A DNA stretch of 48,704 nucleotides from Octopus bimaculoides (GCF_001194135.2 NC_068987.1:88488776-88537479); one strand, 5' to 3'; counted from the first letter of the stretch, positions 11,805 through 24,920 are shown. Program-made: numbers and translations. Notes: a model not told the origin generated them from the sequence alone.

Positions 11805-13710
11805 CAACTGTTTACATCTTGTCGACAAGAAAAATGGTACTCTTGGACAGCTTTGAACTCGTATAAGTTAAATCTCTTCACATTAGAGAATTGTTAAAAG
11901 TTATGGGTGCAGAACACGAGACTTTTTCATGGTCAAATTTTAAAACAATTGCTACTAATGGATGAAAGTGAGTTATACCAAATTATTTCCTATTTTCTTT
12001 TCCATCTTACTTCCACTGAATGGTAGATTATCTTTACTAATAGGACTAATTTATCTGTAAGTCTGCTACGTAAAACTCTTTTAAAGTGTATTTTTAAAAC
12101 GTAGAAGTTATGATAGGAAAGGCGTGAAATACGTAAGGTTTCATTTTAAACGAGCGTATTTAAAACTGTTTCTTGGATCGTTGGAAAATCTATTTCTACA
12201 ATAGATTGAATCATTAAGTTTCCTGAAACGTGAAAAAATGTGAGAACCTATTATGCCGAACCAATTTGGATTTATTATTCTGCAATATAGTTAACCCCGT
12301 GGAGTGTTTAGCTCATATAGCAACATCAAAAGGAATATTAAGGACTCTTTTTTTTTTAATCCATTTCATATTACAATAAAACAACAGATTTTCTAACATG
12401 ACAAATAATATTAATCTCTGAGGCTGTGTAGGGGTGAAAATGCTTTAGCGGAAATATAATAGCCTCGTTTCAAGTGGTTTCGCTAATCGAAGGGTGATGG
12501 CTCCTAATATCAACAAACATAAAAAGCAAAATTTTCGTTTGTAAATAGCAAACCAAGAAATTATGGAACTGGTGTTTATCACAAGTGGTAAATATTAAGT
12601 CTGTTTAATTTTGGTTATTACGTTGTCAAAAATAGATCTGCTTGTTATTCTAACGAGCACTTTAGTACGGTCGAAGAGTTTTGTTGGAGTGAGAGACTGT
12701 TTATCTATTTGGTTTCTCCTGCTGCTCTGAGAATGCTGCCGGTGCAGATATACGGAAGTAGAATTCTTTATATATATATATATATATATATNNNNNNNNN
12801 NNNNNNNNNNNNNNNNNNNNNNNNNNNNNNNNNNNNNNNNNNNNNNNNNNNNNNNNNNNNNNNNNNNNNNNNNNNNNNNNNNNNNNNNNNNNNNNNNNNN
12901 NNNNNNNNNNNNNNNNNNNNNNNNNNNNNNNNNNNNNNNNNNNNNNNNNNNNNNNNNNNNNNNNNNNNNNNNNNNNNNNNNNNNNNNNNNNNNNNNNNNN
13001 NNNNNNNNNNNNNNNNNNNNNNNNNNNNNNNNNNNNNNNNNNNNNNNNNNNNNNNNNNNNNNNNNNNNNNNNNNNNNNNNNNNNNNNNNNNNNNNNNNNN
13101 NNNNNNNNNNNNNNNNNNNNNNNNNNNNNNNNNNNNNNNNNNNNNNNNNNNNNNNNNNNNNNNNNNNNNNNNNNNNNNNNNNNNNNNNNNNNNNNNNNNN
13201 NNNNNNNNNNNNNNNNNNNNNNNNNNNNNNNNNNNNNNNNNNNNNNNNNNNNNNNNNNNNNNNNNNNNNNNNNNNNNNNNNNNNNNNNNNNNNNNNNNNN
13301 NNNNNNNNNNNNNNNNNNNNNNNNNNNNNNNNNNNNNNNNNNNNNNNNNNNNNNNNNNNNNNNNNNNNNNNNNNNNNNNNNNNNNNNNNNNNNNNNNNNN
13401 NNNNNNNNNNNNNNNNNNNNNNNNNNNNNNNNNNNNNNNNNNNNNNNNNNNNNNNNNNNNNNNNNNNNNNNNNNNNNNNNNNNNNNNNNNNNNNNNNNNN
13501 NNNNNNNNNNNNNNNNNNNNNNNNNNNNNNNNNNNNNNNNNNNNNNNNNNNNNNNNNNNNNNNNNNNNNNNNNNNNNNNNNNNNNNNNNNNNNNNNNNNN
13601 NNNNNNNNNNNNNNNNNNNNNNNNNNNNNNNNNNNNNNNNNNNNNNNNNNNNNNNNNNNNNNNNNNNNNNNNNNNNNNNNNNNNNNNNNNNNNNNNNNNN
13701 NNNNNNNNNN

Positions 13711-13758
<48 letters not shown>

Positions 13759-13789
13759 TTAATCTTTTCTCCTTCACTAACATTTCGTG

Positions 13790-14280
13790 TTACCCGGCCA
13801 CTGCCTCATTATACTTGTCCAACATGTCACTACCTCATTGTTCTTGTCCAATATGTTACTCGTCATTGGATTCTGGGCTCTAGCTGTAGATAAGTTCAAT
13901 GAAATCAATATTGTTACTGTAGATATGAGTAAAACCTTTGACAGTGTCTTGCATGCAAATCCCATGTCAAAGCCTTCCACCTACGTGCCTCACACTCCTC
14001 TCATCTATTGGATTGATAGTTTTCTATCAGAGCGCACAATCACTGCTTGTGTTACCAGAGAAGTATTTAACGCAATTTCTGTCAATTTATAGCAATAACT
14101 TCTATAGCAGATCACTTTTATGCTACACTCTCTTCTTTCCAGACGTCACTGACCGATTTGCTGCCATATCAAACAATTTCCAGTTTTATGCAAATGGCAT
14201 AACCCTATATTCCGCCCTAACTCTCGCCAAACACGAAACACAAGTTTAGATGCTCCCTACGCACTCAACCCATTACTTCC
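13790..14280 (+). mobile_element. CR1/L2/Crack-group LINE reverse-transcriptase fragment
   Basis: WALAVDKFNEINIVTVDMSKTFDSVLH...WIDSFLSERTI (RT motif LDISKAFDRVWH...WISSFLSNR), followed by degenerate PQGS and YANGITLY (YADD) segments. Confidence 0.85.
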
Positions 14281-14566
14281 CGACACTCATGTAGAGTGTG
14301 TGTATGTATGTATGTATTTGCATACATATATATATATATAAATAATTATATATATATATATATATATNNNNNNNNNNNNNNNNNNNNNNNNNNNNNNNNN
14401 NNNNNNNNNNNNNNNNNNNNNNNNNNNNNNNNNNNNNNNNNNNNNNNNNNNNNNNNNNNNNNNNNNNNNNNNNNNNNNNNNNNNNNNNNNNNNNNNNNNN
14501 NNNNNNNNNNNNNNNNNNNNNNNNNNNNNNNNNNTATAGATAGATAGATAGATAGATAGATATATC

Positions 14567-14910
14567 GTGGCACTCCGTCGGTTACGACGTCGTGGGTTCC
14601 AGTTGATCCGATCACGGATCGTGAAATTAACGTGCAAGTGGCTGAGCATCCACAGACACGTGTACCCTTAAAGTAGTTCTCGGGGAGATTCAGCATGAGA
14701 CAGAGCGTCACAAGGCTAGCACCCTTGATATACAGGTACAACAGAAACAGGAAGAGTGAGAGAAAGTTGTGGTGAAAGAGTACAGCAGGGTTCGCCACAA
14801 CCTCCTGCCTGTTTTTGCTCAATAAATGCTCACAACGCCCGGTCTAGGAATCGAAACTGCGATCCCACGACCGCGAGTCCGCTGCCCTAACCACTGGGCC
14901 ATTGCGCCTC
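14567..14910 (-). mobile_element. tRNA-derived SINE family C (about 350-380 bp)
   Basis: Minus head GAGGCGCAATGGCCCAGTGGTTAGGGCAGCGGACTCGCGG..GTTTCGATTCC with A and B boxes; tail GTCGTAACCGACGGAGTGCCAC. Copies lie at 24.6 and 46.8 kb. Confidence 0.92.
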
Positions 14911-15619
14911 TATATATATGTTTTAGGTCATTTGTATGAATTTAGAAAAAGACGCGTATCTCATCAAAGGAAAGCTGTGTTTGAAAACAAATTGGTACGA
15001 ATAATCTTACGAATCCTTTTATCCCACCCAACCAACGAATCTGCTGCTTATTGAACGTTTCTGTGACATTGATTTTTCTTACAAAAAATTATTTTAAATA
15101 TCCTTTCAAACCCATTCACTAATTATTTGTCTCAGATATATGACATTTTTAAAAACAAATTCTTTGAATTACTTATTATTCCTGATTATTATGGAAGAAA
15201 ATATAAGCAAACATGTTCTCGGTGTATTATGTAACACTTCTAACCTTATCTCACCTAGTTTTCAATTTATTATTAAATACTATATTTAGCTCGAATATAC
15301 TCCAACACATTCGTAATGCTTTGAATTCATTAACGAAAACTAAAGAATTTTCTTTTCTTCGTAGCTTGTTAATTATATCCAGGTTCTTAGATAAACACTA
15401 ATTTTGCGCGATTTATTTATACTGTTAGGAATAACGTACATTTACATTTATAAATGACTGTTTTAACTTGGTTAATATAATACCATCATTTTCCAAATTG
15501 TAATGTCGTTAGTCAACTAACAAATATATTTCACTTCATGCAGTAACAAGAACATTTCAAGAGTTTTCACTTTTATTCACTAGTCTATAATTTCTTCGGT
15601 TATACGTGAATTAATTTAC

Positions 15620-16450
15620 ATTGAGTGGTGCTAGGCTGTAGTCTATACGGGCAGCAGGAGTTAAGTGCCATGCCTTTGTGTATGGAGTAGCCAAACTTAA
15701 TGCGGCATATCTGGACTGTTGGCTGCCAGTGGATTGAAGTTTATAAACAGGGCGTACCTCTATTGGCAGCAATAAGATAATTCGTTCTTCTTGTTGTTGA
15801 TGGATGCTGCAAGTTGGTGGTGTATATATAGTCTCTCGCGAAGGCAGAGTTGGCAATTGCGAATTCTAGGTAAGCACGGAGGGGAAGTCTTTCCGATGGT
15901 CACGGAGTTTCCAGATAAAACGGAACAGGCAGGTGGAGTTTTCGCCATCCCTGTATCTGAAGAAGTGCATATGCTGTGTATAATTTTCCTTGAAGACATA
16001 GGTTGTCATCCTTGTGTAGTGTCATGTAAATGTCATCGGATGGTATTTGTGTGGCTCGTTAGACCATTAGTGGGCTGTTGGTGGAATTTAGGATGTTACT
16101 GTATGGGGTGTGTACTAGAAACCGCGTAGGTGTGTGTTTTCGTTTATTATTGCATACAACGCTGTCTAGGCTGAGTAATTGACCTTGACATTTTGGGGTT
16201 TGAAAAGTTTGTAATGCTTATTGGTTCTAGGGCAGTGTTTCTTAATTAGCGCCAGGGAGCTCATAGCTGTGTTGGTTGAAACCGCGAGATTAAATGGATT
16301 GAGAGATCTTCAATAGCATTAGCGTGGAATGGTTTCACTGACAAGTTAGTATATGTGGAAGACACTCCACCTCCACCTCCGAACTCGAAGAGGGTCGGAA
16401 ATAGAGAGTTAATCTGTCTCAATCCTTCATGAGCGAAGTCAAACTGCTTG
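15620..16450 (-). mobile_element. Penelope-like element, linker plus GIY-YIG C-terminus, degraded
   Basis: NPFNLAVSTN..SLALIKKHCPRTNKHYKLFKPQNVKVNYS and CQLCLRERLYIHHQLAASINNKKNELSYC match the PLE motifs WFNPPF..FL.LI.KHFP..NVKVSYS and C.LCL.EK..I..LNKRNEL..C. Confidence 0.85.
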
Positions 16451-16799
16451 TAAATGATATACGTAACTCAACCAAATGTGTTGAGTATCACTTTTGTCTG
16501 TCCACTTGTATTATATGCATGCATACATACATGCACGCTTACCACACACGCCCACCTACACACACGCTTACAAACACACACACACACATGTAATGCATAT
16601 ATGTGTACATGCATACAAAGCAAATTACATGAGAAAATCTGAAGGTTTTTAATATTCTCAATTACTTAAACTTGGCTTCTTTTTAAATAGTTTGTTCCCA
16701 TCCCTTTTATATGGAGAAACACTAGAAGTAGTTTATGAGGTAGGATTAGTTCATTCTGGTACACCATACATACACACCTATGAAAGATGAATATATTTA

Positions 16800-16985
16800 T
16801 ATTTGTGTGTGTGTGTGTGTATATGTATATCCACGCATATATATGATATTTGTATATACATATGTATGTATTTATGTGTATATATATGTATATATATATG
16901 TATATATATATATATATATATGTATATGTATATCCACGTTTTTATTTAATATTTGTATATACATATGTATGTGTATATGTGTATA

Positions 16986-17017
<32 letters not shown>

Positions 17018-17269
17018 NNNNNNNNNNNNNNNNNNNNNNNNNNNNNNNNNNNNNNNNNNNNNNNNNNNNNNNNNNNNNNNNNNNNNNNNNNNNNNNNNNN
17101 NNNNNNNNNNNNNNNNNNNNNNNNNNNNNNNNNNNNNNNNNNNNNNNNNNNNNNNNNNNNNNNNNNNNNNNNNNNNNNNNNNNNNNNNNNNNNNNNNNNN
17201 NNNNNNNNNNNNNNNNNNNNNNNNNNNNNNNNNNNNNNNNNNNNNNNNNNNNNNNNNNNNNNNNNNNNN

Positions 17270-17318
<49 letters not shown>

Positions 17319-17320
17319 TT
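16800..17320. repeat. Degenerate (TATG)/(TA)n array spanning a gap
   Basis: Direct read; gap 17018-17269. Confidence 0.9.
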
Positions 17321-17727
17321 ATAAGCATCTATACTTAAAGAATTTCTTCTTTGAGATCCTATCCGTTTTCTATGTTGGTATATAACGCATCGTAATTAAA
17401 AACCATTTCATATCGTGATTACGTAATGAATTAATATATTACATTTTTATTTTTTATTTTCACTCGAATTCTTCACTGAAAATTGATTCTACAACGCAGA
17501 GGGACCAAACAAAATAGGGTTTGTCATTTTAGCTTCATGGGTTAGTCTTCTCTCTACCCTTCCTTTGGAAAACAAGATTAGAAGCAGAACTAATAAATGC
17601 AGCAATACGTTTAAGGTTTAAATAAATTATAATTAGCAATAATTATTCCATGTTGTTTGATATTATTCCAGGATATATAAATGAATGGGTAACCAGGTGC
17701 TGAAAATCGCATGTGATTAAGGAGCCA

Positions 17728-18146
17728 GACGCAGACTTGGCTGCGTGGTTAAGAAGGTCGCTTTGCAACCACGTGGTTTTAGGGTTCATTCTCATTACGC
17801 GTAACCTTGGCTAAGGGCCCCCTACTATAAGCCCCAGGACGACTAATGCCTTGTGACTGAAACTATGTGGAATCCCGTCATATACATGTGTATGCTTGTG
17901 AGTCCGTGTTTTTGTCTGTATGAAGATGTGTGTGTCTGATTGCGCTTGTTTTTTTCCCCTCAATTGCTTGACAGCCGCTCTTAGTTTGTTTACGTTTCCG
18001 TAGCTAAGCAGTCCGGCAAACGAGTCCGACAATATAAGAGGCAGAATTAAAATAATAGTGCAGGGTTCGATTTGTTCGACAACACTATTCAAAGCCGTGC
18101 TCCAGTATGGCCGCAGTCCAATGATTGAAACAAGTAAAAGAAATAA
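17728..18146 (+). mobile_element. Old full-length SINE family A (head, GT-rich spacer, tail D)
   Basis: Family A head, TG-rich linker, then tail ...GGTTCGATTTGTTCGAC...GTGCTCCAGTATGGCCGCAGTCCAATGATTGAAACAAGTAAAAG. Confidence 0.8.
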
Positions 18147-18408
18147 TAACAACCAATATTTTGTGCTGTTAAATTTTCTTAATTCATGTTTTCGTTTCTT
18201 ATTGCTTAGTCTCAGATAATCCATATGAAGCTAATCTACCTAATCCAAGATATTCGAGTCACGATTATTTCATTTCGTTATCGGATATCTACGATATTAT
18301 TATCCAGTATTCTTTTTAAAGATATTCAAGTTGGTAGATTAAGGGTTGGGAGAGAATTAGCTGGTATTTCTAGAAAATCAAGCAATCATGTATAAGGTCC
18401 CTAGTTGT

Positions 18409-18557
18409 GCGCAGGCGTGGCTGTGTTGTTAAGAAGCCCGCTCAATACCCATGTAGTCTTGGGTTCAGTCCTACTGGATCTTTTACTGTAACCCCAGGTC
18501 GATCAATGCCTTGTGAATGACTTTGGTAGGTGGAAAGTGTATGAAAGCCCGTTATAT
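18409..18557 (+). mobile_element. SINE family A head ending in (TG)n(TA)n
   Basis: GCGCAGGCGTGGCTGTGTTGTTAAGAAG...GGGTTCAGTCC...AAAGCCCG. Confidence 0.8.
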
Positions 18558-18568
18558 GTGTGTGTGTT

Positions 18569-18609
<41 letters not shown>

Positions 18610-18610
<1 letters not shown>

Positions 18611-19990
18611 AAAATGAAAAAAGCCAGAATGCTGAACTGGAAGCATATTTTAATAAAGATTTCTTCTAACCGGTTTTCATTGCGAAAAGCAAATTATCAA
18701 GAAGGAGAATGAAAATGTTTTTTTACAAAGAAGTACAAAATGAAGAAAATAATATATAAAACAATAATATATAAAAAAAATAAATATACCCATACATTAT
18801 ATTGTCTTTGAGCTTTTGTAGTTCAATAGTAGTTCATGTATAAACTGGTAGGAAAAATAAGGATGCATNNNNNNNNNNNNNNNNNNNNNNNNNNNNNNNN
18901 NNNNNNNNNNNNNNNNNNNNNNNNNNNNNNNNNNNNNNNNNNNNNNNNNNNNNNNNNNNNNNNNNNNNNNNNNNNNNNNNNNNNNNNNNNNNNNNNNNNN
19001 NNNNNNNNNNNNNNNNNNNNNNNNNNNNNNNNNNNNNNNNNNNNNNNNNNNNNNNNNNNNNNNNNNNNNNNNNNNNNNNNNNNNNNNNNNNNNNNNNNNN
19101 NNNNNNNNNNNNNNNNNNNNNNNNNNNNNNNNNNNNNNNNNNNNNNNNNNNNNNNNNNNNNNNNNNNNNNNNNNNNNNNNNNNNNNNNNNNNNNNNNNNN
19201 NNNNNNNNNNNNNNNNNNNNNNNNNNNNNNNNNNNNNNNNNNNNNNNNNNNNNNNNNNNNNNNNNNNNNNNNNNNNNNNNNNNNNNNNNNNNNNNNNNNN
19301 NNNNNNNNNNNNNNNNNNNNNNNNNNNNNNNNNNNNNNNNNNNNNNNNNNNNNNNNNNNNNNNNNNNNNNNNNNNNNNNNNNNNNNNNNNNNNNNNNNNN
19401 NNNNNNNNNNNNNNNNNNNNNNNNNNNNNNNNNNNNNNNNNNNNNNNNNNNNNNNNNNNNNNNNNNNNNNNNNNNNNNNNNNNNNNNNNNNNNNNNNNNN
19501 NNNNNNNNNNNNGTTTTCAAAGATTTGTGTTGCCTTTTGCATTTAAGGACTTTGTGTGTATTAATGATATTGTTCATTTTCGAGTCTGTGGTGAGTAAGG
19601 GGAGGTTTTGTTTAATTGTGGTGTATGCTTCGATGTTTTTGGGGTTATGGGTGGAGATGTATGGAAGTATTTTGGGGTTGGGTGTGTTATTATGTTGGTT
19701 GGTTTTTAGTGTGTTTTGTCAAGTTCCTTGGCACGTTTTATTCCAAGATCTATGAGTGTGGAGGGATATTGGCGTTGTAACAGTGTTTTTTTGAGATCTT
19801 GTAAGCGTATTTCTCGAGTGGTTGGGTCAGAGACAATGGTGCAAATTCTTTTAGCTAAATTAAAGGGGATATTTATTTTGGTGTGTTTTGGGTGGCAAAA
19901 ATGTCGTAGTGAGAAATACTGGATTAAAATATAAAAAAGATAGTTTGATAGTTTGATGTTTCGGTTTTGTATTCTTTTTGCAGGATTCTT
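18610..19990 (-). mobile_element. 5'-truncated Penelope-like element spanning gap 18869-19512, with hammerhead-like 3' tail
   Basis: FCHPKHTKINIPFNLAKRICTIVSDPTTREIRLQDLKKTLLQRQYPSTLIDLGIKRAKELD (PLE RT C-terminal region), then LPYISTHNP..; ILIFP after the gap. The tail reads CTTCT-TGATAA-TTTGC-TTTTC-GCAAT-GAAA-ACCGGTT-AGAAG. Confidence 0.85.
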
Positions 19991-20459
19991 GATGTGAACT
20001 CGTATATTGAAACACTTTTTATACATCGGGTGGGTTATAAAGAAAATAAGCATACACACACTGTTTCTATTTCCCTTCTTTTATTATTTGTTGAATGATT
20101 AACTATTTAACCAGTTAACTAATCGGTCAATCAATCAACCAGTCCTTTCGCTGCCATTCAGTAACTCATCAATGATATATGGTGACGAAAGGACATCCAC
20201 ACACTAAGATAAATTATTGAAAGGCAGAGCAATTAATCAAAGAATCGATTATTTAATTAGCTAAACGGTTAACCAATTAACAAATAAAAAAATAAAGAAG
20301 TGAAATAGAACCAGTGCGTGTGTTTATTGTTGGCATAATGACCCTCCCGAGATACGATGCAATTGTTAACATTCCAAACATAATACAGAAAAAGTGTTCA
20401 GAAATTCTAAAAAGGTTATGTTTCTCCTCAGATATTTTTGTCATTGCGATGTAAATAAA

Positions 20460-20720
20460 GATTAAAAAACAACAATTTAGATTGGGATGGGAGGAGGGTA
20501 ATCTAGAGAATTTGAAGTTGAATTTATATAAAAACTTTAATTTATTGGCAAGATTGTAGTAGTGAGTAATACTGGATTAAAATATAGCGAAGACAATTTG
20601 ACAGCAGTATTAATATGATTTCATAAGATTACAAGTTTAAAAGGATTCACAAATAGAATTATTTCTGGCAAAAAAGAAGCATTTGGTAAAAGTTCAATCT
20701 AATCTTTATTTTTTTTTTAT
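20460..20720. mobile_element. Two small PLE fragments in opposite orientation
   Basis: 20540-20600 repeats 19905-19940 (minus strand). 20635-20700 reads KGFTNRII..KEAF..KFNL on plus, like a GIY-YIG C-terminus. Confidence 0.4.
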
Positions 20721-20844
20721 AATTGTGTGTTTTTTGTTGCTGTTGTTATAAGATCTATGAATAAATCTTAAACAGATGAAATAATTAGACTGCAAGGGAA
20801 TTGTTATAAAAGTAGAATTATTTTTCGTATATGTGTAGAGAAGG

Positions 20845-21430
20845 ATAATAATTTACGTTCACCAACCTGGTGCCCACAGTCACCAACAATGGAAACTTGA
20901 CCCTGGAAATCAACAGCAGATGCGACCTGGTCGTCGAAATCATGCACTCCTCATGGACACTCGTTTGGTGCCACTGTTCTTTCTCCCGGAAAACGAAGCT
21001 TCGCATCTACAACGAGATGGTCCTTTCTGTTGTCCCCCATGGAGCAGAAACTTGGGCCCCTCACGAAGATCCTGGCAAAGAGGATCGAGGACCTCGATAG
21101 CAGAGCCTTGAGAACCATCAAGAACATTAGATGGTAACATTGCGTTTCCAACGAAGAACTGCATGTGTGCACGCATCAGGCAGTAGCCACCCGCCTGCCT
21201 CATAGCCATCCGCCGCAGCCGCCGCGGATGGAAGAGGCCTCGTAGCAGGTTCCGCAACAGATGGCAGGGTGTGATTAAAGAACATCTCCAGAGGCTCGAT
21301 GTGACCTTGGAGGAAGTAGAGCGGCTGGCACGTGACCACCTACGATGAGGGTTACTGGTGGATCTGGAGACATCCACGTACGATGGTGCCTCTGGGACCG
21401 CTAGCCTGGAATGACCCCGGCCCCATCGAA
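20845..21430 (+). mobile_element. RTE-clade LINE 3' fragment
   Basis: TVTNNGNLTLEINSRC..FSRKTKLRIYNEMVLSVVPHGAETW..AKRIEDLDSRALRTIKNIRW..VSNEEL..WKRPRSRFRNRWQGVIKEHLQRLDVTLEEVERLARD. Confidence 0.9.
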
Positions 21431-21692
21431 TAAGAGCATAGAGAAAAAGAGAGAGAAAGAGAGAGGGAGAGAGTGAGAAAAAGAGAGAGAGAGAGAAAAA
21501 GAGAGAGAGAAAAAGAGAGAGAGAGAGAGAGAGTGACATGTGCAGCACTTACGAAGTAAGTCTATAAAATATACCTCCTGTTATATACATAGACACACAT
21601 ACCTACCTACCTACCTACCTACTTACCTACTTACCTACCTACATACATACATACATGCATACATACATAAACAAACACACACACACATATGC

Positions 21693-21815
21693 GATGAGCT
21701 TCCAGCCAGTTTCCGTCTACCAAATTCACTCACAAGACATTTCTGGACCCTGAGCTCTAGTAGAAGGCGCTTACCTAAGGTGCTGTGCAATGGGACTGAA
21801 GCCATGTGGATACAC
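21693..21815 (-). mobile_element. SINE family A, partial
   Basis: CAGTTTCCGTCTACCAAATTCACTCACAAG...GGGACTGAAGCCATGTGG. Confidence 0.8.
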
Positions 21816-21847
21816 GGTTATGTCTGCACGAAACTTTGCACCGATAT

Positions 21848-22250
21848 ACTGTGTTGAATGAAAAGTTTTCCTATATTTTCGTAATTTATTTCCTTTATTT
21901 GTCAAATTGCAATAAAGGCATATTAGCATTCAAAGTAGAGGCCATCATGTTGCAGCGTATGAAGCCACCTTTCTGTCAGTTCTTTGATCTCATGCTGATA
22001 CCAGTTCGTGTCCTTCGAGGCGAAGAACTCCTTCACTGAACCTTCCACTTTCTCTTGGTTGATGAAGCGTCACGCGTGCAGGAAGTGAGCCATGCATCAG
22101 AACAGGTAAAACTCCGAGGGAGATATTTTGCCACAATCCTAACGTGTTTAAGCAGTGGCTAAGCAAGGGCCAATCGCCAAAGATGGGCGTTTTGAACACG
22201 AGGTGATGCTCTGCGTTTGGTAGCTTTATGAGAGGATAATTCATGCAGCG
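21848..22250 (-). mobile_element. Mariner transposon 3' remnant with right TIR
   Basis: SPSEFYLF*CMAHFLHA*RFINQEKVEGSVKEFFASKDTNWYQHEIKELTERWLHTLQHDGLYFEC; TIR-like TA|CTGTGTTGAATGAAAAGTTTTCC. Confidence 0.85.
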
Positions 22251-23699
22251 TGCACATATATATATATATATGAATATTGTTGAAATTACGTTATGTTTCC
22301 ATAAAATGTTTATATATTTGTTTATTAATGTATTACATCATATAATCACATAACCAGACCATTTCATCAGACACGTTTGTACAACGGACAAGTATATTGG
22401 TCGGAATTAGTTCCCAGGGCTGGTTAAATCTCTACAACTTGATATGTGTGTGCGTGCGTGTGTGTGGGTTTCTGTGTTTGTGTATGTATATGTGTGCTTG
22501 CGTACGTGTGCGTATGTATGTACATACATGCAAGATTTTATAGCTCGTTTCTCAGAAAGAAAGGAAAACTATTACTATTACTCATTATTTACTTGCAAAT
22601 AGTCTGTCGACAAATTACATTTGTAACTATCAACTGTAAACGAAGTCAAATTTCTTTCGTCAGATCTCTTATTACTCCGTCATCTTCATTTCACAAACAG
22701 TATATATATAAGATTAGCTTATGAAAATTTCTTGTATACAAAGGTAGGTGGACGACATTAGAAAAAGAAAACAAGAAAAACTTCCCAGAAAGCTGACACT
22801 GAAGCTTTTAGAAGGCAATTATCATATTTCCAGAGTTTGTTGATCCAATAATGAACTCTGAATAAACACTGACATAGCAATTATATGAAAAGAAAAATTA
22901 TATTAAATATTGATCTGGAATAGATTTTGAAGGTACAAAGCAATAAAATGAATAACGACGAAGTGAATAGCACCCACACACATACATATGTGTGTGTGTG
23001 CATGTGTCTAAATAGATGTGTACATGTTTGTATATATATATATATATATAAACAGACATGGCCATTGTTGATATACTAACATTTTAAAAGAACATAGTTC
23101 GAGAGGAAGTTATCCGGTGTACAAGATTAAGTAATCTAGTAAAAAAAGAAAAACAGCCATCGTTGCATCTTCTGATAGTTACATTCATTGCTCACTTTGC
23201 GTAAAGAACTGTTAAAAAATATGCGATATTTTGGGGAATATTGTATGGTTTCATCTTACAAACATTCACATATAAAGATGTACAGAAACTGACATAAATA
23301 CACAAACATATATGTACTTACTGTATGAGAAATGGGTCGTTACATTAGAGATATAATACTGAAATATCTAAACGGGGTATCATTGCGTTTCTAACAAAAT
23401 AGAATAGACTTTTTTTTCCTTACTGCTTCCTTTTTTAACGATGTTAAAAACAATTTCTTCTGCTATTTATTTTCTACCAAAGTATGATATTAAATATTTA
23501 CACAGGAGAAGAAAGTAAACTTGTGACGCTTAATACATTTATACTTAGTGAATTTGTAATCGGAAATTCAAAAGTAGGTAGGAGTTTCGGTTCACAAGGA
23601 TGTTTTCTGTTCGAGAGTGAACCCAGTATCTACACAATATGATCAATAACACGTAGGTTGTATTGAAAATAACGCAATAGCGTGTATAACTGACATTGT

Positions 23700-24060
23700 T
23701 TGACTTTAGCTTTTCGTCCCCTTTGGGAAATAAGAAATCGACGACTTTTCTTTGTTATTTCCGATTCTAGGTCTTGCTGGTTTTGAGTTGTCATTGAGGC
23801 ATCTGTAACTTTCTTTCTGGATAGAGGTGTTGGCCCTACACAAACCAATTTTTACCTTTGGCAGGAGGTGACCCATGTTAATCTGGCCTCTAATCTTGGA
23901 CCTGTTCATCATGGGGGGCCCTATCAGGAGCTTGCACTCCGCTGACATAGCTTCAAGGATCACTGAGTAACACAGCCATCACATTGTAGCAAGGACTCAA
24001 CCTTTTTGTGGTATAACTGACTTAGGTCGTTCAAATTGCACACGCTTGCTGAGTAATTCT
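23700..24060 (-). mobile_element. Possible RTE-type 5' region fragment
   Basis: The minus strand has CCCCATGATGAACAGGTCC...GGGCCAACACCTCTATCCAGAAAGAAAGTTAC, resembling RTE 5' UTR motifs. No RT residues. Confidence 0.3.
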
Positions 24061-24139
24061 TCTTGCGTAACTCTTCCTCTATACGAAGGTACTATTTAAC
24101 ATCACATGATCACGTGATGACCTAGATTATTGGATGTTG

Positions 24140-24376
24140 TACATCGCTAGTCACAATGCACTTTGCATCGTTTAGCTTTCGAATGATGCCACCTCATTGG
24201 GCGGGCCAATATTCCTTTGATGATCTCAGGGTGATCCCTTTGCAACTGAGTGGACTGAAGCAACGTGGAATGAATTGTTTTGCTCAAGAACACAACGCGT
24301 AACCAGTCTGGGAATCGAAACCACGATCTCAGGATCGTGAGTGCAACATGCCTAACTACGAGACAACACGCCTTCA
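24140..24376 (-). mobile_element. tRNA-derived SINE family E (V/Meta-like core)
   Basis: Minus: GCGTGTTGTCTCGTAGTTAGG..GTGGTTTCGATTCCCAG..TGTGTTCTTGAGCAAAACA..GTTGCTTCAGTCCACTCAG. Confidence 0.7.
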
Positions 24377-24468
24377 GATTTTAAACATGGTCTCCATCAA
24401 TAGCGATGCATTTTCGAAATGTAAAGATTGAGGAAATGCATGCTGATGATTATGCCAGCTCACTATCT

Positions 24469-24537
<69 letters not shown>
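24469..24537. repeat. (CTA)n microsatellite, about 23 units
   Basis: Direct read. Confidence 0.97.
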
Positions 24538-24557
24538 ACACACACACATGCATATAT

Positions 24558-24920
24558 GTTGTTGGCACTCCGTCGCTTACGACGACGAGGGTTGCAGTTG
24601 ATCCGATCAACGGAACAGCCTGCTCGTGAAATTAACGTGCAAGTAGCTGAGCACTCCACATACACGTGTACAGAATGTGGACAAAGCTGAGCACTCAACA
24701 CACACGTTCTCGGGGATATTCAGCGTGACAAGGCTGACCCTTTGAATTACAGGCACAACAGAAAGAGGAAGTAAGAGAGAGAAAGTTGTGGTGATAGAGC
24801 CTCGTGGAGCTTTAGGTGTTTTCGCTCAATAAACACTAACAAAGCCCGGTCTGGGAATCGAAACCGCGACCCTATGACCGCGAGTCCGCTACTCTAACCA
24901 CTGGGCCATTGCGCCTCCAC
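24558..24920 (-). mobile_element. SINE family C with a small internal duplication
   Basis: Homologous to 46803-47182; GCTGAGCACTC..ACACG is duplicated near 24650-24705. Confidence 0.92.

Noticed and set aside
22340-22375. CTGATGA on the minus strand as a hammerhead core (similar isolated hit at about 5970 on plus)
   Set aside because: No stem II or GAAA at a suitable distance.
23506-23577. Possible 72-nt phase-1/1 exon (ACAG|GEESKLVTLNTFILSEFVIGNSKV|GTAGGA)
   Set aside because: Weak splice signals, no recognisable domain and no partner exons; such matches are expected by chance in 48 kb. It would need RNA-seq junction reads.
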